Origin: Nitrospirota bacterium
GTDB taxonomy: Bacteria > Nitrospirota > UBA9217
Reading direction: 5' to 3'
Assembly (NCBI GenBank): GCA_963818475.1
Contig: CAWFSF010000006.1
Span: 992,001 to 1,056,000 of the forward strand
DNA length: 64,000 nt
The translations under genes and the position numbers were made by a program. Under the pieces are notes generated by a model. The model had not been told where the DNA came from, made no database searches, and worked only from the letters and a program-made list of their open reading frames with translations. Shown piece by piece: positions 10,964 to 21,287 of this stretch (position 1 is the stretch's first letter; every line of letters starts with the position of its first letter).

Positions 10964-11073
10964 TCCGCAGATTTCGCAGATGGACGCAGATTTTAAAAAA
11001 GACATAATTTAGTGCTTGTTTTAATCTCTGAAATCTGCGTCGCTTAGAGGCGCCTACTTTTGGATTCTGCGGA
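10964..11073. repeat. CGCAGAT...ATCTGCG nonamer-repeat palindromic element
   Basis: CCGCAGATTTCGCAGATGGACGCAGATTT ... AATCTCTGAAATCTGCGTC...ATTCTGCGG. Confidence 0.7.
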
Positions 11074-11152
11074 TAGATATATTGACCTGAGCAGTTAAGA
11101 TTATCCTGAGCTGTGGTTTGCGGATTCAACCATGATCACATTGGGTCTTAGC

Positions 11153-12295
11153 ATGAAGAACGCTTCAGCCGATAAAAAAGCTATCCTGTCCAAAGCGCGC
11201 CGCGTGGTGGTCAAGGTGGGCAGCGCAGTCCTGACCTCCTCGGGCGGGGGGCTTGACCAGAAGAGGATCGAGCAGCTCGCCAAAGAGATCGTTTCGATCA
11301 TGGACGGGCGGCGCGAGGTGGTCCTGGTCTCGTCCGGGGCTATTGCCGCCGGCCTGGCAAAGCTCGGCCTGAAGAAGACCAAAGGCATGCCCCTTCCTTT
11401 GAAGCAGGCTGCTGCTGCCGTGGGTCAGTCGGGCCTCATGTGGATGTATGAAAAGACCTTCGGCGCCCATGGCAAAAAGGTCGCCCAGGTACTCCTTACG
11501 CGCGAGGACCTGTCGAACCGGAGCAGGTTCCTGAACGCCCGCAATACCCTCCAAACTCTCCTCGAATACGGCGTCATCCCCATTATTAACGAGAACGATA
11601 CGGTTGCCGTGGACGAGATCAAGTTCGGGGACAATGACAACCTTTCAGGAATGGTCGTGCAGCTTACCGATGCGGACCTCCTCGTGATACTCTCGGATAT
11701 CGACGGGCTTTATACTGCCGATCCCCGGATTCACCCTGATGCCCGGTTCATTCCCCTTGTTGAAAAAATAACCGCAGAAATGGAACGGGGCGCGGGAGAT
11801 GCACTGTCCGGAGTTGGTACGGGCGGGATGCGCTCCAAGATCATGGCTGCGAAAAAGGTCGGCGCCTACGGTGTGCCGATGGTCATCCTGAACGGTAAAA
11901 AGACCGGCATGCTTGCCGCGTTGTTCGACGGCAGGGAAGCGGGGACGCTGTTCCTTCCCCGGCTTGAAAAAATGGACAGTCGCAAGCACTGGATCGCATA
12001 CACGGCAGCTTCGAAGGGCGGCATCGTGGTGGACGACGGGGGACGCGATGCCCTGGTACATAAAGGAAAAAGCCTGCTGCCGGGCGGGGTGGTCAGTGTT
12101 GAGGGAATGTTCAAGGTGGGCGATTGTGTGAACTGTCTGGACATCAGGGGCACGGTGTTCGCACGGGGGCTGACGAAATATTCTTCAGGAGAACTCGACA
12201 GGATCCGCGGCCTGAAAACATCGCAGATCGAGTCGGTACTGGGTCATAAGGATTATGATGAAGTGATCCACCGGGATGATCTGGTGATATTGTAG
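11153..12295 (+). CDS. proB: Glutamate 5-kinase with PUA domain
   Basis: VVKVGS, SSGA, INENDTV, FGDND, GTGGM and C-terminal PUA domain. Confidence 0.97.
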   Translation: MKNASADKKAILSKARRVVVKVGSAVLTSSGGGLDQKRIEQLAKEIVSIMDGRREVVLVSSGAIAAGLAKLGLKKTKGMPLPLKQAAAAVGQSGLMWMYEKTFGAHGKKVAQVLLTREDLSNRSRFLNARNTLQTLLEYGVIPIINENDTVAVDEIKFGDNDNLSGMVVQLTDADLLVILSDIDGLYTADPRIHPDARFIPLVEKITAEMERGAGDALSGVGTGGMRSKIMAAKKVGAYGVPMVILNGKKTGMLAALFDGREAGTLFLPRLEKMDSRKHWIAYTAASKGGIVVDDGGRDALVHKGKSLLPGGVVSVEGMFKVGDCVNCLDIRGTVFARGLTKYSSGELDRIRGLKTSQIESVLGHKDYDEVIHRDDLVIL

Positions 12296-12311
12296 CGGAG
12301 GGAACAACGGG

Positions 12312-12821
12312 ATGAAAAGGCTGATCCTGTCACTATTGCTGATATTTTTGTTCACGCCCCGTGCCTCTGCTGCGCTCAAGCTGAATGATCCTGCTCCGCT
12401 CTTTTCTCTTCTTGACGTGACCGGGAAGGAGTTCTCTTTAGGGGACGTGGTTGGCGCCGGAAGCACAAAAAAAGGCAACGGTGTTATCGTGAGCTTTTTC
12501 GCCTCCTGGTGCGGGCCCTGCAGGCTCGAACTTCCGATCATGAATTCGCTGGTCAAAGAACTGCGGAGCAAAGGGATCACGGTGGTGCTTATCGACTTCA
12601 AAGAGAGCCTTACTACGATGAGGGCCCTGCTCAAAGAGCTGCAGGTGGACCAGCCCATTGTTCTGAGCGACATTGATGGAAAAACGGGCGAGAAATACGA
12701 GCTCCGGTTCCTGCCGACGACGTTCTTTATCGGGGCTGACGGGAAATTAAAGGACGTCATCTATGGCGGGATAGACAGTGCAAATGAATTGCGGGCCGGT
12801 GCGGATAAGCTTTTAAAGTGA
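12312..12821 (+). CDS. TlpA/ResA-family thiol-disulfide oxidoreductase
   Basis: Signal peptide, [17 protein letters not shown]. Confidence 0.9.
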   Translation: MKRLILSLLLIFLFTPRASAALKLNDPAPLFSLLDVTGKEFSLGDVVGAGSTKKGNGVIVSFFASWCGPCRLELPIMNSLVKELRSKGITVVLIDFKESLTTMRALLKELQVDQPIVLSDIDGKTGEKYELRFLPTTFFIGADGKLKDVIYGGIDSANELRAGADKLLK

Positions 12822-12851
12822 TCATCATGATCGTGCGTGCAGGAGGAATCA

Positions 12852-14110
12852 TTGGACATCAAACAATACGTATCCGATAAGGCAAAAAAGGCCAAGGCCG
12901 CATCGCGGGTCCTGGCGAACTGCTCGACAGAGATCAAGAATAATGCGCTCTTCAAAATGGCGGCCGGGCTCGAGAATGGAAGCCGGGACGCTCATTGCTG
13001 AAAATAAGAAAGACCTGGTTGCTGCCGAACAAAAGGGCCTGTCCAAGGCCATGATCGACCGCTTGACCCTGGATCCGGACAGGATCAAGGCCATGGCTGA
13101 TGGTCTGCGCGAGGTCGCGGCGCTTCCCGATCCCGTAGGCGAAGTGACCAGGATGTGGCGGAGACCCAATGGGATGCAGAGTCGGCAAGATGCGGGTCCC
13201 CATCGGGCTCATCGGGATCATTTACGAATCGCGGCCGAACGTGACCGCTGATTCAGCCGCGCTGTGCCTCAAATCCGGCAACGGCGTACTGCTCCGGGGC
13301 GGCTCCGAAGCCGTCCATTCCAATACCGCGATCGCGAACATTTTGTCACGAGCTGGGGCCGAAGCGGGCATCCCCGAAGGAGCAATATCGTTCATCGAGA
13401 ACCCTGACCGCGCCTGTGTCATGGAGATGCTCAAGCTGAACGGGGTCGTTGACCTCATCATTCCGCGCGGCGGCGAGGGGCTGATCCGCATGGTATCGGA
13501 GAACTCGACGATCCCGGTCATCAAGCACGACAAGGGCGTGTGCCACGTGTATGTGGATTGCAGGGCCGATGCGGCCATGGCAGGCGAGATCTGCTTTAAC
13601 GCCAAGGTCCAGCGGCCGGGAACCTGCAACGCCATGGAGACCATGCTGGTGCACAAGGACCTCAGCGCATCGTTCCTGCCGGCGATGCTCGATCGCTTCA
13701 TGAAAGCAGGAGTGGAGATCCGGGGATGCTCCCGAACGAAGACCTTCGTGCCTGCGGTGAAAGCTGCTACGGACAAGGACTGGGACACGGAATATAACGA
13801 CCTGGTGCTGAACGTGAAGATCGTGGACAGTATGGAGGACGCCATGGAACATATTGCTCTGCACGGTTCCCAGCACTCGGAAGCGATCGTGACCGACGAT
13901 TACGCAAAGGCCCTGCGGTTCCAGCGGGAGGTGGACGCCTCCGCCGTGTTCGTGAACGCCTCGACGCGCTTGAACGACGGGTTCGAGTTCGGGCTCGGCG
14001 CAGAGATCGGCATATCGACCACCAGGATCCATGCGCGCGGGCCCATGGGACTCGAGGAGCTGACCTCGACCAAGTTCATCGTGTTCGGGAATGGGCAGAT
14101 TAGAAAATAA
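12852..14110 (+). CDS. proA: Gamma-glutamyl phosphate reductase (frameshifts near 12975 and 13180)
   Basis: TTG start after AGGAGG; [15 protein letters not shown] and [16 protein letters not shown] motifs; spread over three frames. Confidence 0.93.
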
Positions 14111-14167
14111 CGGTTCATTCGCATTTAAGCAGAAAGACTTGTAAAACCGAAATCCAGGATCAAGAAT

Positions 14168-14262
14168 CTCTTTGGAGGAGAAAGAGGGAAGTGGGCGAAA
14201 AGGGGTAACCGCATTTTAATAAGAGTTAATCCCCATTTCACCATCCTTCTCCATTTCTCCTG
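14168..14262. repeat. Imperfect purine/pyrimidine inverted repeat after proA
   Basis: GGAGAAAGAGGGAAGTGGGCGAAAAGGGG ... CCCCATTTCACCATCCTTCTCCATTTCTCC. Confidence 0.55.
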
Positions 14263-14392
14263 AAAGGTTCTCCTGTGAGTTTCTCTGAAGTAAATCCATG
14301 AAAGAGCCCAAATAATTTCTGCACGGGACGAGTGATGGTTTTAGACATACATCCGCGGTCCGAAATCCGCATCCCGAAAATCCGGAGGTCGT

Positions 14393-15052
14393 TTGTCACA
14401 GAGGATCGGCATTCTCGGAGGAACCTTTAATCCCATTCATTACGGCCACCTTGCCGCGGCAGAGGAAGTATGGAGCCGGCTTGAGCTGGATCAGGTTCTG
14501 TTCGTTCCCTCGTTCTTGCCTCCTCATAAAAAGAACGAGGTCATTCCCTCGGCAGCTCAGCGACAGGAAATGGTTGTACTCGCTATCGCCGGGAATCCTC
14601 ATTTTTCACTTTCCGACATTGAAGTGAAGCGCGAGGGGATGTCCTATTCAATCGACACCGTCCAGGAGCTGCTTCACCTTCACCCGTCAACTGATTTCTA
14701 TTTCATCACCGGGCTCGATTCCTTTCTGGAGATCCAGACATGGAAGGAATGGGAACGGCTGCTTTCACTCTGCAGATTTATCGTGCTTTCCCGTCCGGGG
14801 TATGTCTTTTCCGACCTGGCTTCGATCGACTTCATGAGTACAGCCGCTAAAGAGCTGCATGCGCTGGACCAGGGTGCATTAACGCGGGCAGTGCTGGAGA
14901 CCGGCAGGAGCACGGTTCATCTGGAACAGATACCGCTCTATGATATTTCTTCCACGGATATCAGACAAAGGGTTAGACAGGGGCGTACGATCAAATATCT
15001 CTTGCCTGAGTGCGTGGAAACTTATATAATCAAAAATAAATTATATGGTTAA
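14393..15052 (+). CDS. nadD: Nicotinate-nucleotide adenylyltransferase
   Basis: GGTFNPIHYGH, ISSTDIR. Confidence 0.96.
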   Translation: MSQRIGILGGTFNPIHYGHLAAAEEVWSRLELDQVLFVPSFLPPHKKNEVIPSAAQRQEMVVLAIAGNPHFSLSDIEVKREGMSYSIDTVQELLHLHPSTDFYFITGLDSFLEIQTWKEWERLLSLCRFIVLSRPGYVFSDLASIDFMSTAAKELHALDQGALTRAVLETGRSTVHLEQIPLYDISSTDIRQRVRQGRTIKYLLPECVETYIIKNKLYG

Positions 15053-15422
15053 TTCCCTTGAAATCGCCCAGCTGATGGCTGAGGCGGCAGACGAAAAAAA
15101 AGCATACGATATTCTGATCCTCGACCTCCGGGGCCTGACCTACCTTGCCGATTATTTTGTGATATGCTCGGGAAGTAACACCACGCAGGTTGGGGCGATT
15201 GCTGACCAGATAACGCAGGTTCTTGCCAGGCAGGGGGTCCATACCTCGCACATTGAGGGGCAGGCAGGGTCGAGCTGGGTGCTCATGGACTATGGCGACG
15301 TCGTGGTTCATATCTTCGACGACCAGGCCAGGATCTACTATAGCCTTGAAAAGCTCTGGAATGACGCACCCCGGGTGCGGCACCGGGTCGGCCGTCGCAC
15401 GCTGCAAGGCGCCTCTTCATGA
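15045..15422 (+). CDS. rsfS: Ribosome silencing factor
   Basis: DYFVICSG, WVLMDYGDVVVHIF, Y.LEKLW; nadD-rsfS-rlmH synteny. Confidence 0.96.
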   Translation: MVNSLEIAQLMAEAADEKKAYDILILDLRGLTYLADYFVICSGSNTTQVGAIADQITQVLARQGVHTSHIEGQAGSSWVLMDYGDVVVHIFDDQARIYYSLEKLWNDAPRVRHRVGRRTLQGASS

Positions 15423-15889
15423 GGTTCGGCATCGTCTGCATGGGCAGGACCCGTGAACCCTTCATTCAGGAGGGGATACAGAAATATCTGCGGTACCTGG
15501 GGCCCTATGCAGAAGTAACGCTCAGGGAATTGAAGGAAGAAAAGATCCAGGACCTCCGTGAAGCACCGGTCGTCAGGAAAAAAGAAGCTGAAAAGATCTT
15601 CAAAGCTCTTCCTGCCGGAGCCGTCCTTGTTGCTTTGGATGAACGCGGTGAAGAATACACATCTCATGAGTTCGCTTCTTTTGTGAATGACCTGCTGGAG
15701 TCCGGTGTCCGGGATGTGCTGTTCGTGCTCGGCGGCGCCATGGGGCTTGATGAGACGGTCACCGGGCGGGCAAAAAAAGTGATCGCCCTGTCCCGCTGGA
15801 CCCTGACGCATGAGATGGCCCGGCTGGTATTGCTCGAGCAATTGTACCGGGCTTTTACGATCATCAAGGGAAAGACGTACCATTACTGA
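15419..15889 (+). CDS. rlmH: 23S rRNA m3Psi1915 methyltransferase
   Basis: LDERG, GGA.G, LLEQLYRAFTI...YH. Confidence 0.96.
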   Translation: MRFGIVCMGRTREPFIQEGIQKYLRYLGPYAEVTLRELKEEKIQDLREAPVVRKKEAEKIFKALPAGAVLVALDERGEEYTSHEFASFVNDLLESGVRDVLFVLGGAMGLDETVTGRAKKVIALSRWTLTHEMARLVLLEQLYRAFTIIKGKTYHY

Positions 15890-15957
15890 TCACGCGGCCG
15901 GTTCGGGTGCTGGTGGTTGCAGAAACGTGGTAAAACGCTCATGAGAAAGGGTACCTG

Positions 15958-17265
15958 ATGAGATTTATAGTATCTATTCTGCTTATTGTTGCGGCAATGG
16001 TCATACTGCTGCTCGTTGAATTCAACCAGGGCATGATCACGATCAGCCTCCTGCCCTCCAAGACCTACGAACTATCCAAGTCATCGTTCTTCCTCATCTC
16101 TCTGGCCGCTGGCGCAGGTCTCGTCTTTTTGCTGTATTTTACGCGAGATGTCCGGCGGTTTCTGGGCGGTCTCAAATTCCAGCGGGATCAGAAAAAACAG
16201 GCACGTATCCAGGAACTCTATACCAAAGGGCTGAACTCCCTGCTGGCCAAACGGAACCCGGAAGCGACCTCGTTTTTCCAAAAAGTGCTTTCGATAAATC
16301 CGAACCATGTGGATACGCTGCTTCGCATGGGGATCACGCAGCTCCGTCTGAAGAATCCGCACGAGGCTATCCGGCTGCACCAAAAAGCACTCTCTCTGGA
16401 CAGCAACAATCCTGAAGTACTGTTCTCGCTCGCCGCCGATTATGAAGAGGCGAAGCGTTATGATGATGCGCTGAAGGTGTATAAGGAGATCCTTTCCCGG
16501 GATTCGTCAAACCTGTCCGCGCTGATCAGGATGCGTGACCTCTATCAGCGGCTGAACCAGTGGGAAGAGCTGTATGCGACCCAGCGCCAGCTGTTGTCCA
16601 ATCACTTGTCGGCCTCGGAACAGGAGGTGGAGCATAGAAAATTCGTCGGCTTCAAGTACGAGTTCGGACGCTCCCTGCTCGAGTCTGGAGACCTGGAGCG
16701 GGCAAAAAAGATATTCCGCGGCGTGATCAAACTTGACAAGGATTTTATCCCCGGCTATCTCGGTCTCGGCGAGGTCTATCTGGAGGAGCGGAAACCGAAG
16801 GAAGCCGCTGAATTGTGGGAAAAGGCATACAAAATGACCTCCTCGAACCTGCTCCTGCTCCGTCTCGAGGACCTCTACCTGAAGCAGGGTGAGCCGGGAA
16901 AGGCCATCGAAATTTACACGCAGGCTGTTTCGTGGAAGCCTCAGGACATCGCGCTCAAGTTCTTCCTCGGCAAGCTCTACTATCGTCTTGAGATGATCGA
17001 CGAGGCATTCGACACACTGTCGTCCGTGGACTGGGGAGACAAGGAACTGCCCGATGTCCATAAACTGCTCGGCAACATCTATCTGCGCAGGGGTTCGCTT
17101 GGCCTGGCGGCAACGGAGTTCAAAAAAGCGCTTGGATTCCGCAAGCAGATCATCATTCCCTATGTCTGTTCAAGCTGCGCACTGAAGACGACAGAATGGA
17201 CAGGGCGCTGCCCGAACTGCGGCAAATGGAACACCTTTGAGGTCAATTTGGAGAAAACCTGCTAG
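15958..17265 (+). CDS. LapA/LapB-like TPR membrane protein with C-terminal rubredoxin-like metal site
   Basis: Two N-terminal TM helices, TPR repeats, Y.CSSC...W.GRCPNCGKWNT. Confidence 0.8.
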   Translation: MRFIVSILLIVAAMVILLLVEFNQGMITISLLPSKTYELSKSSFFLISLAAGAGLVFLLYFTRDVRRFLGGLKFQRDQKKQARIQELYTKGLNSLLAKRNPEATSFFQKVLSINPNHVDTLLRMGITQLRLKNPHEAIRLHQKALSLDSNNPEVLFSLAADYEEAKRYDDALKVYKEILSRDSSNLSALIRMRDLYQRLNQWEELYATQRQLLSNHLSASEQEVEHRKFVGFKYEFGRSLLESGDLERAKKIFRGVIKLDKDFIPGYLGLGEVYLEERKPKEAAELWEKAYKMTSSNLLLLRLEDLYLKQGEPGKAIEIYTQAVSWKPQDIALKFFLGKLYYRLEMIDEAFDTLSSVDWGDKELPDVHKLLGNIYLRRGSLGLAATEFKKALGFRKQIIIPYVCSSCALKTTEWTGRCPNCGKWNTFEVNLEKTC

Positions 17266-17436
17266 CTTATTTTGGCGGACCGACTGCCACGCTCCTTGCA
17301 ACTACCCCCCTCTCAGGTATCTCATCGGACAGTTCAGCCGCGCACTGCGATTGCTTCCCGTTGACAGTCTGATGTTTTGCGAGATATGCGGTTCTGCCGG
17401 CATGTCCAGAGCCCGCTTTATTAGTGAGGAAATTTG

Positions 17437-18981
17437 ATGCAAGATAAAAACGTTGTCCTGGTCGTGCTCGACGGATGGGGCATCAACGCACATAAAGACG
17501 GAAATGCCATCGCTTCTGCGCAGGCGCCGGTCTATAAGAAGCTGGTCACGGAGCACCCGCATACTGCGCTCAGCGCCTCAGGAGAGGCTGTTGGGCTGCC
17601 TGACGGCCAGATGGGAAACTCCGAGGTCGGCCACCTGAACCTTGGGGCCGGGAGGGTCGTGTACCAGGACTCCACCCGGATCAGTAAAGCGATCAGGGAC
17701 GGCGAGTTCTTTAAGAATGCGGTTCTCCTTTCCGCCATGGAGCAGGTGAAAAAGAGCGGCGGCGCGCTCCATCTCATGGGGTTGCTCTCTGATGGCGGTG
17801 TGCACAGCCGCATGGACCACCTGTATGCGATGCTTGACCTGGCAAAGTCCCAGGGTATCACAAAAGTATTTTTTCATGCGTTCCTCGATGGCCGGGATAC
17901 GCCTCCTTCGAGCGCTTTGGGCTACATCAGTGCGCTTGAGGAGCACTTGAGCAAGATCGGTATCGGGGCGATCGCGACGATCTCGGGACGGTACTACGCG
18001 ATGGACCGTGATAAACGCTGGGACCGCGTGAAAAAAACATACGAGGCAATGGTCCTGGCAGAGGGGATGCGCCAATTCTCCGCAGCCGAAGCCGTGCAGC
18101 AGAGCTATGAAAACGGCAAGACCGACGAATTTCTGATTCCCACGGTGATCCTGGATAAAAGCTCGCATGGACCGATCGGCCCCATCCAGGACGGCGATGG
18201 GATTATCTTCTGCAATTTCCGTTCTGACCGCGCCCGTGAGATCACCCAGGCGCTCACCGCAGCCGAGTTTCAGGGGTTCAGCCGCGCCAGAGCGCCCAGG
18301 CTCGCAAGCTTTGTCTGCCTCACCACCTATGATGAGTCGTTCGACCTCCCGGTGGCGTTCGCGCCCATGCGTTTGACCCACATCCTGGGCGAGGTTCTGA
18401 GCAGCCGGGGGGTGCGGCAACTGCGCATCGCCGAGACCGAAAAGTACGCCCATGTGACGTTCTTCTTTAACGGCGGGGAGGAGGCCCCCTTTCCCCTTGA
18501 GGACCGTATCCTGATACCGTCACCCCGTGATGTGGCCACCTACGATAAAAAACCGGAAATGAGCGCGCGCGAGTTGACGGACGCACTGGTAAAGAATATT
18601 CTGTCACGCCAGTATGGTTTTATCCTGGCAAATTTCGCCAATCCCGACATGGTCGGCCATACGGGTGTGATGGAGGCTGCCGTAAAGACTGTCGAAGTGC
18701 TGGATGAGTGCTTGGGCCGGGTGTTGCAGGCTGCACACGATACGGGAACGGTGGTGGCCATCACTGCCGACCATGGGAACATCGAACAAATGAAGGACCC
18801 CGAGAACGGCCAGCCTTTTACTGCACACTCCACCAATAGGGTGCCTTTTATTCTGGTCGGAGAGAAGGTACGGCTGAAAGAGGGGGGGCTGCTGGCCGAT
18901 GTAGCGCCCACGGTGCTCGCGCTTAAAAAAATAGTAAAACCGGACGAAATGACGGGCAATAATCTGATCCTTGACGCATAA
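17437..18981 (+). CDS. gpmI: 2,3-bisphosphoglycerate-independent phosphoglycerate mutase
   Basis: LDGWG, QMGNSEVGH, AETEKYAHVT, NPDMVGHTG, TADHGN. Confidence 0.97.
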   Translation: MQDKNVVLVVLDGWGINAHKDGNAIASAQAPVYKKLVTEHPHTALSASGEAVGLPDGQMGNSEVGHLNLGAGRVVYQDSTRISKAIRDGEFFKNAVLLSAMEQVKKSGGALHLMGLLSDGGVHSRMDHLYAMLDLAKSQGITKVFFHAFLDGRDTPPSSALGYISALEEHLSKIGIGAIATISGRYYAMDRDKRWDRVKKTYEAMVLAEGMRQFSAAEAVQQSYENGKTDEFLIPTVILDKSSHGPIGPIQDGDGIIFCNFRSDRAREITQALTAAEFQGFSRARAPRLASFVCLTTYDESFDLPVAFAPMRLTHILGEVLSSRGVRQLRIAETEKYAHVTFFFNGGEEAPFPLEDRILIPSPRDVATYDKKPEMSARELTDALVKNILSRQYGFILANFANPDMVGHTGVMEAAVKTVEVLDECLGRVLQAAHDTGTVVAITADHGNIEQMKDPENGQPFTAHSTNRVPFILVGEKVRLKEGGLLADVAPTVLALKKIVKPDEMTGNNLILDA

Positions 18982-19063
18982 AAATGCCTGTCTGCTGCCT
19001 CTTCTGAAATGGTCTTACGCATGTGTTGCATTATAACGGAAGTTCCACAGAGGAGTGCAGATC

Positions 19064-19786
19064 ATGCATCTGCTCCGTCGCTTTCTCGACCTTGTACTGC
19101 CTTCATCATGCGCCTATTGCAGCTCTCCGGTCGGGGATTCAGGGGTCCCGTTCTTCTGCTCCACCTGCTGGAACGATTTTTCAGTGCTCCCTGGCCCGTT
19201 CTGTCCCTCCTGCGGCAAGCCCTTTGACTCCCCCGAGGCGTTGATCCACAGCCCGGACCACGAGTGCCATGCCTGCAGGCTGGAGCCTCCCCGTTTTGAC
19301 CAGGCGTTGTCCGTTGGATATTTCGAGGGATCTCTCCGGGAGGCGGTCCACCAGTTCAAATATCGGCCCTGTCAGGCTCTTGGCAAGCCACTCGGCGTCT
19401 GGATGTGCGGGAACCTTCGCGTGCTGACCTCCATCGATATCATCATGCCGGTGCCGCTTCACAGATCGAGACTGAGGCAGCGCGGATTCAATCAGGCGCT
19501 TCTTCTTGCCCATCCGCTCAGTATGGCCGGCGATATATCGCTTTGCTATGACAACCTCTGGAGGATACGGCCGACGAGACCGCAGGTGGAGCTTTCCGGC
19601 AAAGACCGCGTCAGGAATGTTGCCGGTGCATTCGCCCTTCGGCGTCCGCTGGATGTCTCCGGCCTGTCCGTTCTTCTTGTTGATGATGTGTTCACCACCG
19701 GCGCTACTTTGAATGAGTGCGCGGATGTCCTTAAAAATGCCGGTGCCGCTTCAGTAAATGCATTGACGCTCGCCCGCGCACTCTGA
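19064..19786 (+). CDS. comF: ComF-family protein (zinc ribbon plus PRTase)
   Basis: CxxC repeats, RGFNQ, LVDDVFTTGAT. Confidence 0.92.
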   Translation: MHLLRRFLDLVLPSSCAYCSSPVGDSGVPFFCSTCWNDFSVLPGPFCPSCGKPFDSPEALIHSPDHECHACRLEPPRFDQALSVGYFEGSLREAVHQFKYRPCQALGKPLGVWMCGNLRVLTSIDIIMPVPLHRSRLRQRGFNQALLLAHPLSMAGDISLCYDNLWRIRPTRPQVELSGKDRVRNVAGAFALRRPLDVSGLSVLLVDDVFTTGATLNECADVLKNAGAASVNALTLARAL

Positions 19787-19858
19787 TCGTTCAACAGAGC
19801 GGTATGCACGAGGTACAGTTTTGTGCACCATAGTTTTTCGAACAGAAGGAGCAGGGTA

Positions 19859-21244
19859 ATGCCAAGAGGTCTAGCGGTTCTTTTTCTGATGTGCCTCATT
19901 GCAGGTTCCATTGGTTGTGCTGCACCGCGTCATGCACCACGTTACTTTGACGCCAGCAATCCGGTTCAGAAGGTTGCCCTTCTTCCCCTGAAGAATGACA
20001 CCTCGGATGTCGACGGGCCCGAGCTTATGAGAAAAAAGATGTCCGATATGCTCTACGAACACGCTTATGTTGTCATGGACACCAGGGAGAGCGATCAGAT
20101 CCTGCGGGACCGTATGGGGATCACGCTCGGCGGCCAACTGGACATGACCACAGCCCAGAAACTGGGCGAAGAACTGGGCGTGCAAGGCGTTCTCTATGGG
20201 ACCCTGATGGACTTTGGTGAAACGACGACCGGGTTCTACAACGTCAGGAAGGTGAGGGCAACGTTCAAGCTGGTTAATACCGTGACCGGTCAACCCGTCT
20301 GGCAGGGCGGACTCGGCGTCAAAAGTGAAGTGCAGATGGCCGGCCGGACCGGCGGAGCGGCTACGTTGCTTGGGCGTGCCTCTGACGCGCGCGACAAGGA
20401 GGTCCCCTGGGTCATCATCGACAGCGTGAGGACCAACGACTCGAATCTGGGGCATAACCTGGCGTTCAATCTGGGGGCAAAGCTTCTGACCAAGACAATG
20501 GGCATTCACCTTGATTTTGAAGCAACCCAGCTGGCGAAACGGGTCACGCAAAACCTGCCCTGGGGGCCCGGACCGGAGGCCGTTGCAATGGCCGGGGCTG
20601 CTCCAGAAGGACGGCTTAATCGGGCGCCCGGGATGAGCATGCCGGAGCCGCCGATATTCACCTATCTCGACTATGGAAAAATGAGTTTCTCCGCAAATCT
20701 CATTTATACTGCTACCAATAATAAGGACAACAATACTTCCCGCATGGAAATCCCCTTTGCGCGGTCAGGAGAAAAACTCAGAATGGAGATGGATCTGGCA
20801 GCCATGGCTCCGAGTGGAACACTGCCGCAAGCCATGAGCAAAATGACGACCATACGCCGTGGCGACAAGAAAGTCAGCTATACCCTGTATCCGAACGCGA
20901 AAAGATACCTTGCCCGATCGGAGGCGGCTGACAATAAGGACCAGAAAGAAATGCCGGTCATTGAAAAGAAAAGGATCGGTAGTGAGGTAATTGACAAACA
21001 CCGCACGGACAAGTATAAAGTAATGATACGCTATCGCAACGGAAGGGTCGAGGAGGGATTTATCTGGAACGCCAAGGACCTGGACGAGTTGACCATCCGG
21101 AGCGAGGTCGAGAACAGCGATTGCCGTACCACCATGGAGTTTAAAAATATTGTACTCAAGACGCCGGCAGCCTCATTGTTCGAGGTCCCGAGCGATTATA
21201 CTGAAGCCCAGAATGCCATGGAACTGATGATGGATGCAAAGTGA
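19859..21244 (+). CDS. Lipoprotein with GNA1162/DUF799-like N-domain fused to DUF4412-like C-domain
   Basis: Lipobox IGC, VALLPL.N...GP, LG..LGV.GVLYG; C-terminal G.E.ID...TDKY...LFEVP.DY. Confidence 0.65.
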   Translation: MPRGLAVLFLMCLIAGSIGCAAPRHAPRYFDASNPVQKVALLPLKNDTSDVDGPELMRKKMSDMLYEHAYVVMDTRESDQILRDRMGITLGGQLDMTTAQKLGEELGVQGVLYGTLMDFGETTTGFYNVRKVRATFKLVNTVTGQPVWQGGLGVKSEVQMAGRTGGAATLLGRASDARDKEVPWVIIDSVRTNDSNLGHNLAFNLGAKLLTKTMGIHLDFEATQLAKRVTQNLPWGPGPEAVAMAGAAPEGRLNRAPGMSMPEPPIFTYLDYGKMSFSANLIYTATNNKDNNTSRMEIPFARSGEKLRMEMDLAAMAPSGTLPQAMSKMTTIRRGDKKVSYTLYPNAKRYLARSEAADNKDQKEMPVIEKKRIGSEVIDKHRTDKYKVMIRYRNGRVEEGFIWNAKDLDELTIRSEVENSDCRTTMEFKNIVLKTPAASLFEVPSDYTEAQNAMELMMDAK

Positions 21245-21287
21245 ACAGCGTGCGCAGGCACGAATCCGCAGGCGGAGGAGAGACATT

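Noticed and set aside
9162-11073. CRISPR array
   Set aside because: The repeats are 7-9-bp tandem or inverted units without unique spacers, and no cas genes are present.
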